64,000 nt of DNA from a candidate division WOR-3 bacterium (GTDB lineage: Bacteria; Hydrothermota; Tepidihabitantia; Tepidihabitantales; Tepidihabitantaceae). The number at the start of each line of letters is the position of its first letter. The stretch's first letter is position 1. Both the position numbers and the translations under genes were made by a program. Of this stretch, positions 8,815 through 19,023 are shown piece by piece. The notes below the pieces were generated by a model, which was not told where the DNA came from, searched no databases, and saw only the letters and a list, made by a program, of their open reading frames with translations. The DNA lies in contig CBFGKH010000005.1 of NCBI GenBank assembly GCA_965649295.1, positions 96,001 through 160,000 of the forward strand. Reading direction: 5' to 3'.

Positions 8815-11800
8815 ATGTTCAGGACTAGTGCTGAAACCGGGCCGCGGATGGCCGGTTGCAATCGGATTCAGGGGGCGCGCTGGTGCGCGCCCCTGGTCTT
8901 GCTGCTGCTACTGCCCGTGGCAGCGCAGGCTGCTTTCCCAGATTCACTCTGGACAACGCTATATGAGGGCCCGCCGTCACCGCCTGCGCCCTGGCCGGTG
9001 ACATGCCGGGCTGCGGATGTAGTGGTTGATACCCTACGTAACCGCATCTATGTCTGTGGTTCAGGTGAGAGCCTGGGCTTGTCGCCACAAACTGACTATG
9101 CTAACATGGCTGTTGTTGCTTTTGACCTTGCCGGCAAGTTCAAGTGGGCTCAGTCTTACGGCGGCAACATAAACCAGGGTGCTTCTCCTGAAGACCTTGC
9201 CCAGGCGATTGCGGTTGACAGTGTCGGTAATGTCTGGGTAGTGGGCACGACCCAGAACCAGAGTCCGCGCTTTGAGGACATCAGTTGGTGCAAGTTCGAC
9301 TCGAACGGCAATAGTTTGCTCGGCTACTCCCCATGGCCGCCCTACATGCCCGGCTGGAAGTCACTCAGGAACGGCGCTGATTATGCATTCGATATTGTCA
9401 TCGGCACTACTGGTGCGGTCTATGTCTGCGGGGCGCACGATACGATGTACCAGGGACAGCAGCGCACCTGCCTGACTGTCGGCCGGCTCCATCCTGACTC
9501 CTGCCGCGCGCTCTGGTGGAAGGACACGGTGCTTGACATCAACGCTGACGGCAAGCGGCCCAGACGACAGCGAGACCGGTATCCGGGAATCCTGCCGTTT
9601 GGCCTCAACGGCGACCCTTACGCGTATAGTGATTTCGACAATGTCGCATTTGCGGCTGCTCCAACTCCAGATGGCGGAGTGGTTGTCACTGGGCTGGGCG
9701 AACATGACGTGACCGACTATGACTGGTTCACGGTCAAGCTCAATCCCGACGGTGTGATTCAGTGGGCAAGGCGCCGGTACGCGCTCCCAAGCCAATACGA
9801 GGACGTCGCGCTCGATGTGGCAGTGGCAACTGACGGAAACATCTATGTCTGCGGCTGGGTAACTGACCTCGCTGACGTGCAGATGTCGGTAGCATGTTAC
9901 AACTCTGCCGGCACCCTGATAGGTTTTTCGAATGGCACCAACAGTGGTGACGACTATGCGGTTGCCTTGGCCCTAGACCAGTCGTCGCCCGAGAAAGTCT
10001 ATGTCACCGCATACAACGAAGAAAACGACGTCATTATCACCCAGAAGTACACCCACAGCCTTACGCCGGTCTGGGGTCTGAACGGTGCGCTCTATGGTGA
10101 CGGCGCGGCGAACTATCCCCATGCGATTAGCTGTCGCGGCGACCGCGTCTATGTTACCGGCTGGTATGGCACTGATGATGTCACGCGCTTGACTGATGAC
10201 GTAATGGTGCTGTGCTACGATACGCTCAACCCGCCCGGCTCGTTGCCCAAGGACACGCTTTGGACCTGGGCCTGTGACGGACCTGATGCCGGCGACGAAG
10301 ACTTTGCTGCGGCGATTACTGTGCTCGATTCCGAGCGCATCTATGTTGCGGGCCAGTTCGGCCGCGAGGGTGATGTCTGGTCCAGTATGTTCCTTACGCG
10401 ACTCCGTCCGACCACCCGCGAGGTGTCAGTCGCACGGATTGTTCATCCCGGTGATACGATTCTTGTCGGCAGTCCGGTGACACCGCAGGTTTGGGTCAAG
10501 AGCGCACCGACCAGCAACGATACGTTTGTGAACTGCCGGGTAGTTCTCCTGATTGACGGTGGAGTGACCTATGCTGACACAGCCGTGGCGGCAGAGGTGC
10601 GGCCGGGAGAATCAACGCTCGTGAGTTTCGACCCTTGGGCCGCACCGACCCTGGGCCCCCATGTCGTGCGTTGTTCGGTTGAGGTGCGGCGCCACGATCC
10701 GATTCCGGCGAACAACGTGCTGATGAAGACTGTGATTGTTGCCGAGCTGGACGTGGCCTGCTCGCGGCTGGTCGGACCGTCCGGCGTGTATGACTCGGGG
10801 ACAGCGGTCGTGCCCCAGGCTTGGGTGAAGAACCTTGGCAACCTGAGTCAGAACTTTGGCGTGCGGATGGCTCTTGGCCAATTCTATGCCGACACGCAGA
10901 GCGTCACCCTAGCGCCGGCTGGTCAGCCGGGTGATAGTCTGCTTGTTTCGTTCAGGCCGGTGACACTCCAGCAGCGTGGTTCTTGGGCAGTTACTTGTTC
11001 GACGATGCTTGCCGGTGACCGGACAGCGACAAATGACTTCCAGCAGGAGTTGATTCGGGTGCGGGTGACCGATGCCCAGTTGCTCGCAGTAGTGTCGCCG
11101 CCAGAGACAGTATTCCTTGGCAGTGATGCTGAGCTGGCAGCTCGGTTCCGTAACGGTGGTACTGACACGGCTCAGTTCTGGACTTACTACCGTGTCGAAC
11201 AGGGAGGGGACAAGGGCAGCGGCAAGGTTTCGCAATCGCCAATTGCGATTAGTCGTCAGTTGCTCGCCGGTAGTGTTGACTCAGTCGTCTGCAACTGTTC
11301 GGCACTCGTAACGCTTGGGCCTTTGGCCGAGACAGTGGTGGTCTATGATACGTTACTCGGTCTGGCTGAGTTGGGTGAGTGGCAGCTAGGTGTGTCGTGT
11401 GTTTTGGCCGGTGACCAGCAGCCGGGCAACAATGCGATCAATCGAACGATGTTTGTCTATGAGCATGATGTTGCCTGTAGCCTAATCGTGGCGCCGACTG
11501 GCGAATATGACTCGGGAACACTGGTTACCCCGCAGGCTTGGCTTAGGAACCTAAGCAGTCAGAGCGAGACCTTCAACTGTTCGTTGGCGATAGGGTCCTA
11601 CTATGGCCGGGTGCGGAGTGTGACCCTGGCCGCTGCCGGGCAGGTTGGTGCGAGTCAGCTAGTTCAGTTTGATACGATACGGTTGCGGGTGCGCGGCCCG
11701 GCCGCGGTGCGCTGCCGGACAATGCTTGCTGGTGACCGGAATCCGAGCAACGACCTCGTGACCGGCTCAATCCGCGTGCGGGTGACTGACGCGGCAGTGA

Positions 11801-13416
11801 CAGCCATCCCGCAACCGCCAGAGACGGTCTTTGGTGGTGATGATGTGCAGTTCGCTGCAGTCGTGGCCAACCAGGGAACCGACGCCGCCGACATTCGCGC
11901 CTACTTCTGCGCGGTCTATGGTGGTGACACTGTTGCTTTCCTTGATTCAGTTGACCTCGTGGTCCAGCCGCTGGCCGATTCGGTTGTAAACTTCCGGACA
12001 ATAGCTGGTATCAACCGGCTCGGCGTCTGGCAGCTTGCAGCCTGGTGCCGGCTGGCTGGTGATCAGCGTCCGGAGAACGATACGTTCCGGGATATGCTGT
12101 TTGTCGGGCCGCCAGGCGGGATAGCCTGGCCGGCGGGCTGGTGGGAAGATGAGTCGCTGCCGCGTGGCAGCTCAAACAAGCTCATCAAGGCAGGCGGCGC
12201 GCTGGCAGTGATGGACAAAGGCGGCCGGCCGGTAATCTACGCCCTGAAGGGCAACAAGACAAACGAGTTCTACTCTTTTGACATCCTTGAGACCGACCCG
12301 CGAATGTGGCGGCCGCTGACCCCGGTTCAGCCTGGCCCTAGCGGCAGGCTGCCCGGCAACGGCGCTTGCCTTGCGACTGACAATCAGCGTTATGTCTATA
12401 TGGTCAAGGGCAATAACACGAGCGAGTTCTGGCGCTATGATACGCAGGACTCGACCTGGCTGCGACTGGAGAGCGTGCCGCCTGGGCCAAAGCGCACCCG
12501 AGTCAAGGGCGGTGGTGACATGGTCTATGTCAGCTATCGCGACTCCGGCTTCCTCTATTTGCTCAAGGGGATGAAGGACGAGTTCTATCGGTTCAACGTG
12601 CTGCGTGGAACCTGGGAGGGGCTTCCGGCAGCGCCGGCCGGCAGTCTCCCGAAATGGAACAAAGGCTCGTTCCTCGTGTATGACGGAGTGCAGACAATCT
12701 ACGCCTTGAAAGCGAAGAATGGCGAGCTTTGGCGCTTTGACGTTGCCCAAGGCCGTTGGGACCTTGGTGCCAATCTTGAGCCGATGCCGCTGATGAACAG
12801 CCGTAACCGTCGCAAGAAGCCGGGCGAGGGTGCGGCCGGAGCCTGGTATCAGGACGGCTTTTATGCCTTCAAGGGCGGCAACACCAATGAGCTGTGGCGT
12901 TATTATGCTGCCACTGATTCCTGGCGCGAATCGGATACGATCAAGCCGATTGGCCATACGATGCGTAAGAAGCTGGTCAAAGCCGGAGGAGACCTGGTTG
13001 AGGTCGGCTATGCGCTTTGGGCATTCAAGGGTAACAACACCAATGAATTCTGGCGCTATGGCATTCCGCTGGGAATGATGGCGCTGGGGCCGGCTGAACG
13101 TTCCGGCGCGCTAGCAGCAGGTCAGGTAGTTGGTGGCAGTTGGCGTTTCAATGTCGCGCCTAGTCTGCTCACTACTGGTCGCGCAACACTGACCTATGAT
13201 GCGCCAGTGCCGGCAGCAATCAGCCTGCGAGTGTATGATGCGTTGGGGCGGGTTGTTGCAGTACCGGTGGCAAATCTGTCGGTTCTGGGAAGCGGTAGTG
13301 TTGTACTTGACCTGACCAACCTGCCGGCCGGCTGCTACCTTGGTCGAATAAGCTGCCCAGGCGCAGGGCCGGATAGGGTGGTAAAGCTGGTCGTGCAAGC
13401 CGCAAACTCAAGGTAA
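8815..13416 (+). CDS. Large secreted SBBP propeller + five CARDB-like repeats + Kelch-like propeller protein with T9SS-like CTD
   Basis: AGGAGG RBS before ATG 8815; same architecture as the upstream paralog; CTD YDALGR...LPAGCY. Confidence 0.85.
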   Translation: MFRTSAETGPRMAGCNRIQGARWCAPLVLLLLLPVAAQAAFPDSLWTTLYEGPPSPPAPWPVTCRAADVVVDTLRNRIYVCGSGESLGLSPQTDYANMAVVAFDLAGKFKWAQSYGGNINQGASPEDLAQAIAVDSVGNVWVVGTTQNQSPRFEDISWCKFDSNGNSLLGYSPWPPYMPGWKSLRNGADYAFDIVIGTTGAVYVCGAHDTMYQGQQRTCLTVGRLHPDSCRALWWKDTVLDINADGKRPRRQRDRYPGILPFGLNGDPYAYSDFDNVAFAAAPTPDGGVVVTGLGEHDVTDYDWFTVKLNPDGVIQWARRRYALPSQYEDVALDVAVATDGNIYVCGWVTDLADVQMSVACYNSAGTLIGFSNGTNSGDDYAVALALDQSSPEKVYVTAYNEENDVIITQKYTHSLTPVWGLNGALYGDGAANYPHAISCRGDRVYVTGWYGTDDVTRLTDDVMVLCYDTLNPPGSLPKDTLWTWACDGPDAGDEDFAAAITVLDSERIYVAGQFGREGDVWSSMFLTRLRPTTREVSVARIVHPGDTILVGSPVTPQVWVKSAPTSNDTFVNCRVVLLIDGGVTYADTAVAAEVRPGESTLVSFDPWAAPTLGPHVVRCSVEVRRHDPIPANNVLMKTVIVAELDVACSRLVGPSGVYDSGTAVVPQAWVKNLGNLSQNFGVRMALGQFYADTQSVTLAPAGQPGDSLLVSFRPVTLQQRGSWAVTCSTMLAGDRTATNDFQQELIRVRVTDAQLLAVVSPPETVFLGSDAELAARFRNGGTDTAQFWTYYRVEQGGDKGSGKVSQSPIAISRQLLAGSVDSVVCNCSALVTLGPLAETVVVYDTLLGLAELGEWQLGVSCVLAGDQQPGNNAINRTMFVYEHDVACSLIVAPTGEYDSGTLVTPQAWLRNLSSQSETFNCSLAIGSYYGRVRSVTLAAAGQVGASQLVQFDTIRLRVRGPAAVRCRTMLAGDRNPSNDLVTGSIRVRVTDAAVTAIPQPPETVFGGDDVQFAAVVANQGTDAADIRAYFCAVYGGDTVAFLDSVDLVVQPLADSVVNFRTIAGINRLGVWQLAAWCRLAGDQRPENDTFRDMLFVGPPGGIAWPAGWWEDESLPRGSSNKLIKAGGALAVMDKGGRPVIYALKGNKTNEFYSFDILETDPRMWRPLTPVQPGPSGRLPGNGACLATDNQRYVYMVKGNNTSEFWRYDTQDSTWLRLESVPPGPKRTRVKGGGDMVYVSYRDSGFLYLLKGMKDEFYRFNVLRGTWEGLPAAPAGSLPKWNKGSFLVYDGVQTIYALKAKNGELWRFDVAQGRWDLGANLEPMPLMNSRNRRKKPGEGAAGAWYQDGFYAFKGGNTNELWRYYAATDSWRESDTIKPIGHTMRKKLVKAGGDLVEVGYALWAFKGNNTNEFWRYGIPLGMMALGPAERSGALAAGQVVGGSWRFNVAPSLLTTGRATLTYDAPVPAAISLRVYDALGRVVAVPVANLSVLGSGSVVLDLTNLPAGCYLGRISCPGAGPDRVVKLVVQAANSR

Positions 13417-13434
13417 TGTCGCAAAGCGTCGGTC

Positions 13435-14982
13435 CTAGGGAATGACGACTAGCTGCTGATTTACGCTTCGGATACCATCTGTCAGCCGGAGGGTATAGAC
13501 TCCGGCTGACAGGTTATCAAGCCGGAGTTGGACGCGGCTTGGGTGACCGCTATGGTATTGCCGGCTGAACAGCGAGCGGCCGAGGGCGTCGTAAACGGAG
13601 ATGTCCGCCTGCCGGTTTAGTCCTTCTACTATCACCTGAACGTTACCAGCACGAGAAGGATTTGGAGCAATGCTAGGAAGCGGCTGTCCTTTGCTGACTG
13701 TTGTCAAGGCGATACCGGTCTGGGGCAGGCGTGGCCGCAGGGTGCCGTCGCCGATACAAGTCATGCCAAAGAACCAGGCTTGTTCCCATGGTTCCCATTC
13801 ATAGAACATCCGCCAATACAGCCACTCCCGCAGGGCCGCTCCGATTGTCTTGCCGGCGTTCAGGAAGTAGTAGAAGTCGCCAAATTCGAGCATTGAGCCA
13901 GTCTTGGTGGAGCCAACCGCACCTAGACCAGTGGTCGTGCGCAGGACATAGGTGCCAGCGCAGAAGCCGGTTTCGACAAACCGAGCATTGGAGCAGGCAA
14001 AGAGGTTGTAGAAGCAGGCAACTGGATCGAGTATCGGTATCTCGTCAGCGTAGAACCAGTCCCAGTTACGGCCGCGGTTGAACTGCATCGCATGGCCGCC
14101 CGGCCAGGAGTGAGAGCAGAGTGAAATCCACTGCTGGGCCGTTGTATCAATTCGCCGTCGGTAGTCGAGGCAACGGGTTGTCTCCGGATCAACGATGAGG
14201 ATGCGATTGGCATAGAGGTAGCCGACGTCGGCACTCCAATCCCCAGCATACGGCGCCCAGTCGTCATCAACATAGACCAGTGCCTGCTCGGCAACCGGCA
14301 GTCGGCCTTGGCGATAGGCGTGATTGCGCTGGAAGTACTGCCGCAGGAGAAGAATGGGGTCACCGACAGCCGCAGCGGGCAGGCGGGAAACGGCCAGTTC
14401 GGGCAGGATGTTGCCAGAGTGAGTGTCGTAGATGCCATCAGTGCCCGGGACAAGGCTGTCGAGCGTATCAAGTCGGACGAGCGTGTCGAGCCACTCGCCG
14501 TCAATGTCCATGTAGAAGATGTCGGTTGGAAACTCCTCGTATTCCTCATCGGGTTCGCGGCTGCCGCTTGAGTTCCAGTCGTCAATCATCTGAAACCAGG
14601 CCACCGGCAGATTGCCAATCAGCACTGCTTCGCTAACGCCTGAGCCGTAACGTTCACGCAGGAAGAGTCGCAGTGACTCTGGTTGCGTTCCCGAGACCGC
14701 AAAGACTGAAGCGGCTGTGCTCTCGGCTGCCAGGTCGCTAACCAATGTGTCAATTTCCAGAGCAAGCTGGGACAGCAGCGAGTCCTCAACGAGTAGGTCG
14801 CAGCGTCGGTTAAAGGAAGTGTTCAGCAGAACCGGACGAACCTGCCACCGAATTGGGCCACCCATTCGTCGCCGCCATTCCTGAAAGCTCGTAGGGCGGG
14901 ATGAATCTGGGCTGTGCCAGCGTGTTACAGGGATGGCTGGCGGTTTGGCAAAGACCGTCAGTACGAGCAGGGCAACATACAT
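13435..14982 (-). CDS. Peptidase C25 (gingipain-like) protein with T9SS-like CTD
   Basis: VLIGNLP, PTDIFYMDIDG, PELAVSRLP, His in CSHSW and Cys in LFACS, T-IGD-TLR, CTD PNPS...YDALGR...LSAGVY. Confidence 0.7.
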   Translation of the reverse strand: MYVALLVLTVFAKPPAIPVTRWHSPDSSRPTSFQEWRRRMGGPIRWQVRPVLLNTSFNRRCDLLVEDSLLSQLALEIDTLVSDLAAESTAASVFAVSGTQPESLRLFLRERYGSGVSEAVLIGNLPVAWFQMIDDWNSSGSREPDEEYEEFPTDIFYMDIDGEWLDTLVRLDTLDSLVPGTDGIYDTHSGNILPELAVSRLPAAAVGDPILLLRQYFQRNHAYRQGRLPVAEQALVYVDDDWAPYAGDWSADVGYLYANRILIVDPETTRCLDYRRRIDTTAQQWISLCSHSWPGGHAMQFNRGRNWDWFYADEIPILDPVACFYNLFACSNARFVETGFCAGTYVLRTTTGLGAVGSTKTGSMLEFGDFYYFLNAGKTIGAALREWLYWRMFYEWEPWEQAWFFGMTCIGDGTLRPRLPQTGIALTTVSKGQPLPSIAPNPSRAGNVQVIVEGLNRQADISVYDALGRSLFSRQYHSGHPSRVQLRLDNLSAGVYTLRLTDGIRSVNQQLVVIP

Positions 14983-14985
14983 CGG

Positions 14986-15993
14986 TCAGCGAGTTTTAAT
15001 GATGAGCTGTCGCCTGCGGCCTTTATCGCCATCAAGTTCCAATATGTAGGCACCGGCCGGTAGTTCGGTCATTGCCAGTCGCTGCTCACCGCTGGCAAGC
15101 CGTCGCCGGACCCGGAGCCGACCCTGCGTGTCGAACACTCGAAGCTCGGCCGGAAAACAGTTGGGCGATGGCCTGAGGAGCAGGATGTCGGTGAAGATGC
15201 TAGACGCTAATGGCTCGGCGTCGGTGCAGCGACTGGAGGCTGGAGCCAGTTCGTTGACGGCCGTTGGTGAACCGAGGAGCTGGCCGACTTCGGTTATGAC
15301 AAAGTCCGCCAGACGAACCCAGACAACAAGTCGGGCATAGGCGGTCCCGGTTACGCTGGTGGAGTCCTTGACGCGCCAGACCGAGTCTTTGTACCACTCC
15401 CAGGCGCGGACGGTGGTACTCTCGCGCATCGGGATACCCTGATAGGTCATTGCTAGCGACTGGCGCATGGTTGAGCGAATGAGATAAACGCCGCGATAGA
15501 TGCCGGCAGGAACGGTCACCGTCGTTGTATCGAGAACTCTGACCGTATCGGCCCAGATCTTGAGGGTGTCAACGATTGAGTCCCCGTTGATGTCAACAAT
15601 GTAGTTACCGGCCAGGCCAGTACGCCACCAGTTGCCGATGACAAAGGGAACTCGATAGATGGCCGCGGTGCGGATGCTGTCACCAAGTTGCCAGCGGCCG
15701 TAAAGCAGACTGTCACCAGCCTCATAGGCGGTGTCGGTGGAGGTGAAGGAGGTATCGCCGTTGACAACACTTGAGAGTATCCATGCCGGATCACCGTTCA
15801 CTATCGTCTCGGCAATCACGGTGGTCGTATCAATGAAGTTGATTGTCTTCACCGAGTCGGCGGGAGTGGGCAGGTAGTAGTGAATCGAGTCGCGACGGGT
15901 GTGGGATGTCACTTCCGTCTTACCGACCCAATAACCAAGATAGCTGCCGACCGGTCCACTGATCATCACTAACAATAGCAAAGTGGAGCTCAT
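14986..15993 (-). CDS. Secreted hypothetical protein with T9SS-like CTD
   Basis: Signal-like N-terminus, TVTVPAG beta-rich core, C-terminal FDTQGR...LPAGAYILEL. Confidence 0.75.
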   Translation of the reverse strand: MSSTLLLLVMISGPVGSYLGYWVGKTEVTSHTRRDSIHYYLPTPADSVKTINFIDTTTVIAETIVNGDPAWILSSVVNGDTSFTSTDTAYEAGDSLLYGRWQLGDSIRTAAIYRVPFVIGNWWRTGLAGNYIVDINGDSIVDTLKIWADTVRVLDTTTVTVPAGIYRGVYLIRSTMRQSLAMTYQGIPMRESTTVRAWEWYKDSVWRVKDSTSVTGTAYARLVVWVRLADFVITEVGQLLGSPTAVNELAPASSRCTDAEPLASSIFTDILLLRPSPNCFPAELRVFDTQGRLRVRRRLASGEQRLAMTELPAGAYILELDGDKGRRRQLIIKTR

Positions 15994-16005
15994 ATTCTTG
16001 TTGGG

Positions 16006-17103
16006 TTAGCTACTGGTTTTTGGCCCCTGAGTGTCGGTTAGCGCTGGCGCTGGTTCGACCGTCAGGGACAGTTTCTCTTCTAACCGGGCAAGTTGTTTAG
16101 CTGCTGAATCGTAACGGTTGTGGGCATTTACAAGATGAGTGCCGACTACCTCGAAGTCATCACGAAACCGTTTGAACTCTTGCTGCAGCCGGCCGAAGTG
16201 ATTCATTATTTCCTGGGCCTGGCGCTCAATCTGTAAGCCGCGCAGGCCAAAGACGATGGCCTGTAAGTAAGCGTAGATGCTGTTTGGTGAGACGGGGATT
16301 ACCCGGCGGGAGATGGCGTAGCCGGCTAGACTCTCTTCTTCGCCTTCTTCGCGAATGATGGTCTCGTAGTAAACGTTCTCGGCCGGGATGTACATCAGGG
16401 CAAAGTCGTAGGTGCCTTCGTCCGGCAGGATGTACTTGCGGCTGATAGCGTCAATGTGTTTCTGGACATCAGCGAGGAAGCGCTTGCGCAAGGAGCGGCG
16501 CTCAGCATCGCTGGCCGCGTTCAGCTTCTGAAAGTTCTCCAGTGGAAACTTGGCATCAATTGGTACAAGCTTCGGCCCCAGCCGAACAACCGCGTCAACT
16601 ATCTCTCCGGAGCGAAAACGGTGTTGCAGTTCGTAGTTGTTGGGCACGACCTGGCGGAGTAGGTCGCCGAGGAACAGCTCGCCGACAACGCCACGTAACT
16701 TGGGAGCACGCAAAATCTGCTGCAGCGACGAAATGTCCTTGCCGATGTCGTAGATTTGCTGGCTTGCTTTGGCCAGCTCGCCCATCGTTGCTGAGACTTC
16801 GCGAATGACCTTGACCGCGTTGTCAAGCCGAGTATTCACCTGGCCGGTTGTGTCGAGCATCGTTCGGTCCATTGCTTGGAGCCGCTGATTCAGTTGATAG
16901 GTCAGGTCGGCAATACGTTGGTCGTAGATTTTGGCGTTGTTGACCAGCGCGTCGGCAGTATCCCGACGCAATGAGACAAGCTGGTCCTGAATTAGGCTGA
17001 GCCCGGTATCGTCGCGTGACCGCGCCAACCGTTGGTTGACAGTCCAGACAAGATAGAGCGTGACGCCGGCAATCAGGCCGACAAGTATGACTAGTGCAAC
17101 CAT
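16006..17103 (-). CDS. rmuC: DNA recombination protein RmuC
   Basis: N-terminal TM, coiled coil, KLRGVVGE, IDAKFP, KYI-P-EGT-DFALMYIPAE, VSP. Confidence 0.9.
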   Translation of the reverse strand: MVALVILVGLIAGVTLYLVWTVNQRLARSRDDTGLSLIQDQLVSLRRDTADALVNNAKIYDQRIADLTYQLNQRLQAMDRTMLDTTGQVNTRLDNAVKVIREVSATMGELAKASQQIYDIGKDISSLQQILRAPKLRGVVGELFLGDLLRQVVPNNYELQHRFRSGEIVDAVVRLGPKLVPIDAKFPLENFQKLNAASDAERRSLRKRFLADVQKHIDAISRKYILPDEGTYDFALMYIPAENVYYETIIREEGEEESLAGYAISRRVIPVSPNSIYAYLQAIVFGLRGLQIERQAQEIMNHFGRLQQEFKRFRDDFEVVGTHLVNAHNRYDSAAKQLARLEEKLSLTVEPAPALTDTQGPKTSS

Positions 17104-17231
17104 GGAATCCAGCATAGGCGAACGATTGGACTGGTCAAATCTGACCAAGTGATTGACAGCGAGATGACCGACGTTACCCTTGAACTATCAGCAAGAACTG
17201 GAGTCGCCATTCTATCCTACTGGCCGCAGCC

Positions 17232-18596
17232 ATGGTTGGGTTATTGCTTGCCTGTCAGGGTTCGCCACCGCGGACGCCGGTTGTTGGCGGCAGCACTAGT
17301 GTCCAGCCGTCGGAGACGGCAAATCTCTGGGCTGTTACCATTGGTTGTAATCGAGTAAATGTGAGCTATGGATTTGATTTTGGCGACGGCAGCGAGCGGC
17401 TCTGGACAACCGAACTGGCTGTTGGCGATACGTTCTACCAGTCACATGTCTATTCTGAGCCCGGTCTCTGTACAGTTCGTGTTCGAGCGCGGGACGAGAC
17501 CGGCCGCGAGTCGCGGGACGCGCGTCACACGGTGCTGGTTGCCTTTCGGGGGCCGATGACGCCGAGTGCGCCAGTTGGGCCAAGTCAGGTTGAGCGAGGG
17601 AGCACCGTCAGTTTTATGACCGCGGCTGGTCATGTCCGGGGCGAGAGTGTCAGCATTGGATTCGATTGGGACGGCGTGCTGTCGGACTGGTCTGGCTTTG
17701 TTCTGGCGGGAACACCAGTCAGTATGAACGGTTGTTTTGAGAGGCTGGGCAGATATCGTGTTCGCGCTCGGGCCCGAGATAGGCAAGGCAACATCAGCCC
17801 CTGGTCGTCGGCGACCTTGGTTACCGTCAATCCACGGCCAGTGGCTGCTCCGACCGGGCTTGTGTTGCGCGCTGTTGGCGGCATCGCGGTCCGGCTACGT
17901 TGGGTGCCGGGAGAGAATGATGACTCGGTCGTTCATGTTGTCCTCTTTCGGCCGGTTGATAGCTCCAGTTTCGTTGTCGCTGGCACGAGCACGGGAAGCT
18001 CTTTCCTGCACGAGCCGGACGGCGCTACCGGCGATTACACCGTTGCTGCTTACCGGGCCGGTGATACCGCCTTTGCAGCGGAAACAGTTTCAACCCGCCC
18101 AGTGGCAACCCCGCTGTTCTGGATTGGCGACCTCAATAGCGATACGCTCTCTGGCTTTGGTTGGGAACGGCAGACCGGTCTTGGTTGGCGCTGGGATATG
18201 CACGTTGGTGCGAACGCTGACCATGTTGACTGGTATTTTACCGACTTTGCACCAGGTCGGTCAGGACCGTACTACTATGTCGCAAGTCCTGAGGTTGGAA
18301 CTGCTGACCCTGGTGGTGGTGTTCCAGCCGGTAGCTGGCGAGCGACTCGCCTGACATGGGTTGCAGACCCGCGGTGGCCATTGCCGCCCTATGACTCGCT
18401 CCAGTACCAGACTGCCGTCGGGGTAAGCGGTAGCCCGGTTTACATCGGAGTGCATACCATTGACGGGCATTACGCCCTGATTAGTGTGTTTCGACCGGAT
18501 ACCGCTCTTGGCGTAACGTCAGCAGCAGCTTGGTTCCAGCGGATTCCCGGTCTAAGGTTGTTGTGGCATGGGGGTACGGTCGGTGCTGCGCGTTGA
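17232..18596 (+). CDS. PKD/Ig-domain lipoprotein (true start probably upstream at ~17187)
   Basis: Lipobox LLAC, FDFGDG and FDWDG PKD-like repeats, FnIII-like segment. Confidence 0.7.
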   Translation: MVGLLLACQGSPPRTPVVGGSTSVQPSETANLWAVTIGCNRVNVSYGFDFGDGSERLWTTELAVGDTFYQSHVYSEPGLCTVRVRARDETGRESRDARHTVLVAFRGPMTPSAPVGPSQVERGSTVSFMTAAGHVRGESVSIGFDWDGVLSDWSGFVLAGTPVSMNGCFERLGRYRVRARARDRQGNISPWSSATLVTVNPRPVAAPTGLVLRAVGGIAVRLRWVPGENDDSVVHVVLFRPVDSSSFVVAGTSTGSSFLHEPDGATGDYTVAAYRAGDTAFAAETVSTRPVATPLFWIGDLNSDTLSGFGWERQTGLGWRWDMHVGANADHVDWYFTDFAPGRSGPYYYVASPEVGTADPGGGVPAGSWRATRLTWVADPRWPLPPYDSLQYQTAVGVSGSPVYIGVHTIDGHYALISVFRPDTALGVTSAAAWFQRIPGLRLLWHGGTVGAAR

Positions 18597-18609
18597 TGGC
18601 GGATTGGTG

Positions 18610-19023
18610 ATGCGAGCGCTTGCCGTGTTTCTATTCCTGTTGCTCGGTGCTGCTGGTTGCCAATCGGGACCGATTGCGGCTAACCGACCGCCAGCTCGAC
18701 CGGTCATTTCTGACCCCACTGAAGTTCAGTGTGGAACAAACAGCGAGTTTGCTGTGACCGTCTTTGACCCTGACGGCGACCTGCTACGAGTCTATGTGAC
18801 TTGGGGTGACGGTGATACAACTGACTACGGCGCTTTTGTAAGTTCCAATGCGACAGTGTTGTTTCAACACAGTTACGTCGCGCCCGGAACGTTTGCCGTC
18901 CGCGCCCGCTGCCACGACCTCCAGCCGCTGTTCTCTGACTGGAGTGCACCGTTACTGGTTGTTGCGGCTGACGGCCCGTCGTTGCCTAGTGCTGTTCAGC
19001 CGCAGCCGTGTCCAGAGCGTTGA
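18610..19023 (+). CDS. Small PKD-domain lipoprotein
   Basis: Signal MRALAVFLFLLLGAAGC, DPDGD and WGDG motifs. Confidence 0.75.
   Translation: MRALAVFLFLLLGAAGCQSGPIAANRPPARPVISDPTEVQCGTNSEFAVTVFDPDGDLLRVYVTWGDGDTTDYGAFVSSNATVLFQHSYVAPGTFAVRARCHDLQPLFSDWSAPLLVVAADGPSLPSAVQPQPCPER

Noticed and set aside
12172..12957. 261-aa antisense ORF (and similar ones at 3630, 13923, 59377)
   Set aside because: Shadow ORFs of well-supported genes in high-GC DNA, with no recognisable motifs.
7540..13070. Recurrent AAGGGCAACAA...GAGTTCTGGCG DNA motifs as CRISPR or DGR repeats
   Set aside because: They are in-frame Kelch coding repeats with synonymous variation; no cas or reverse transcriptase gene is present.
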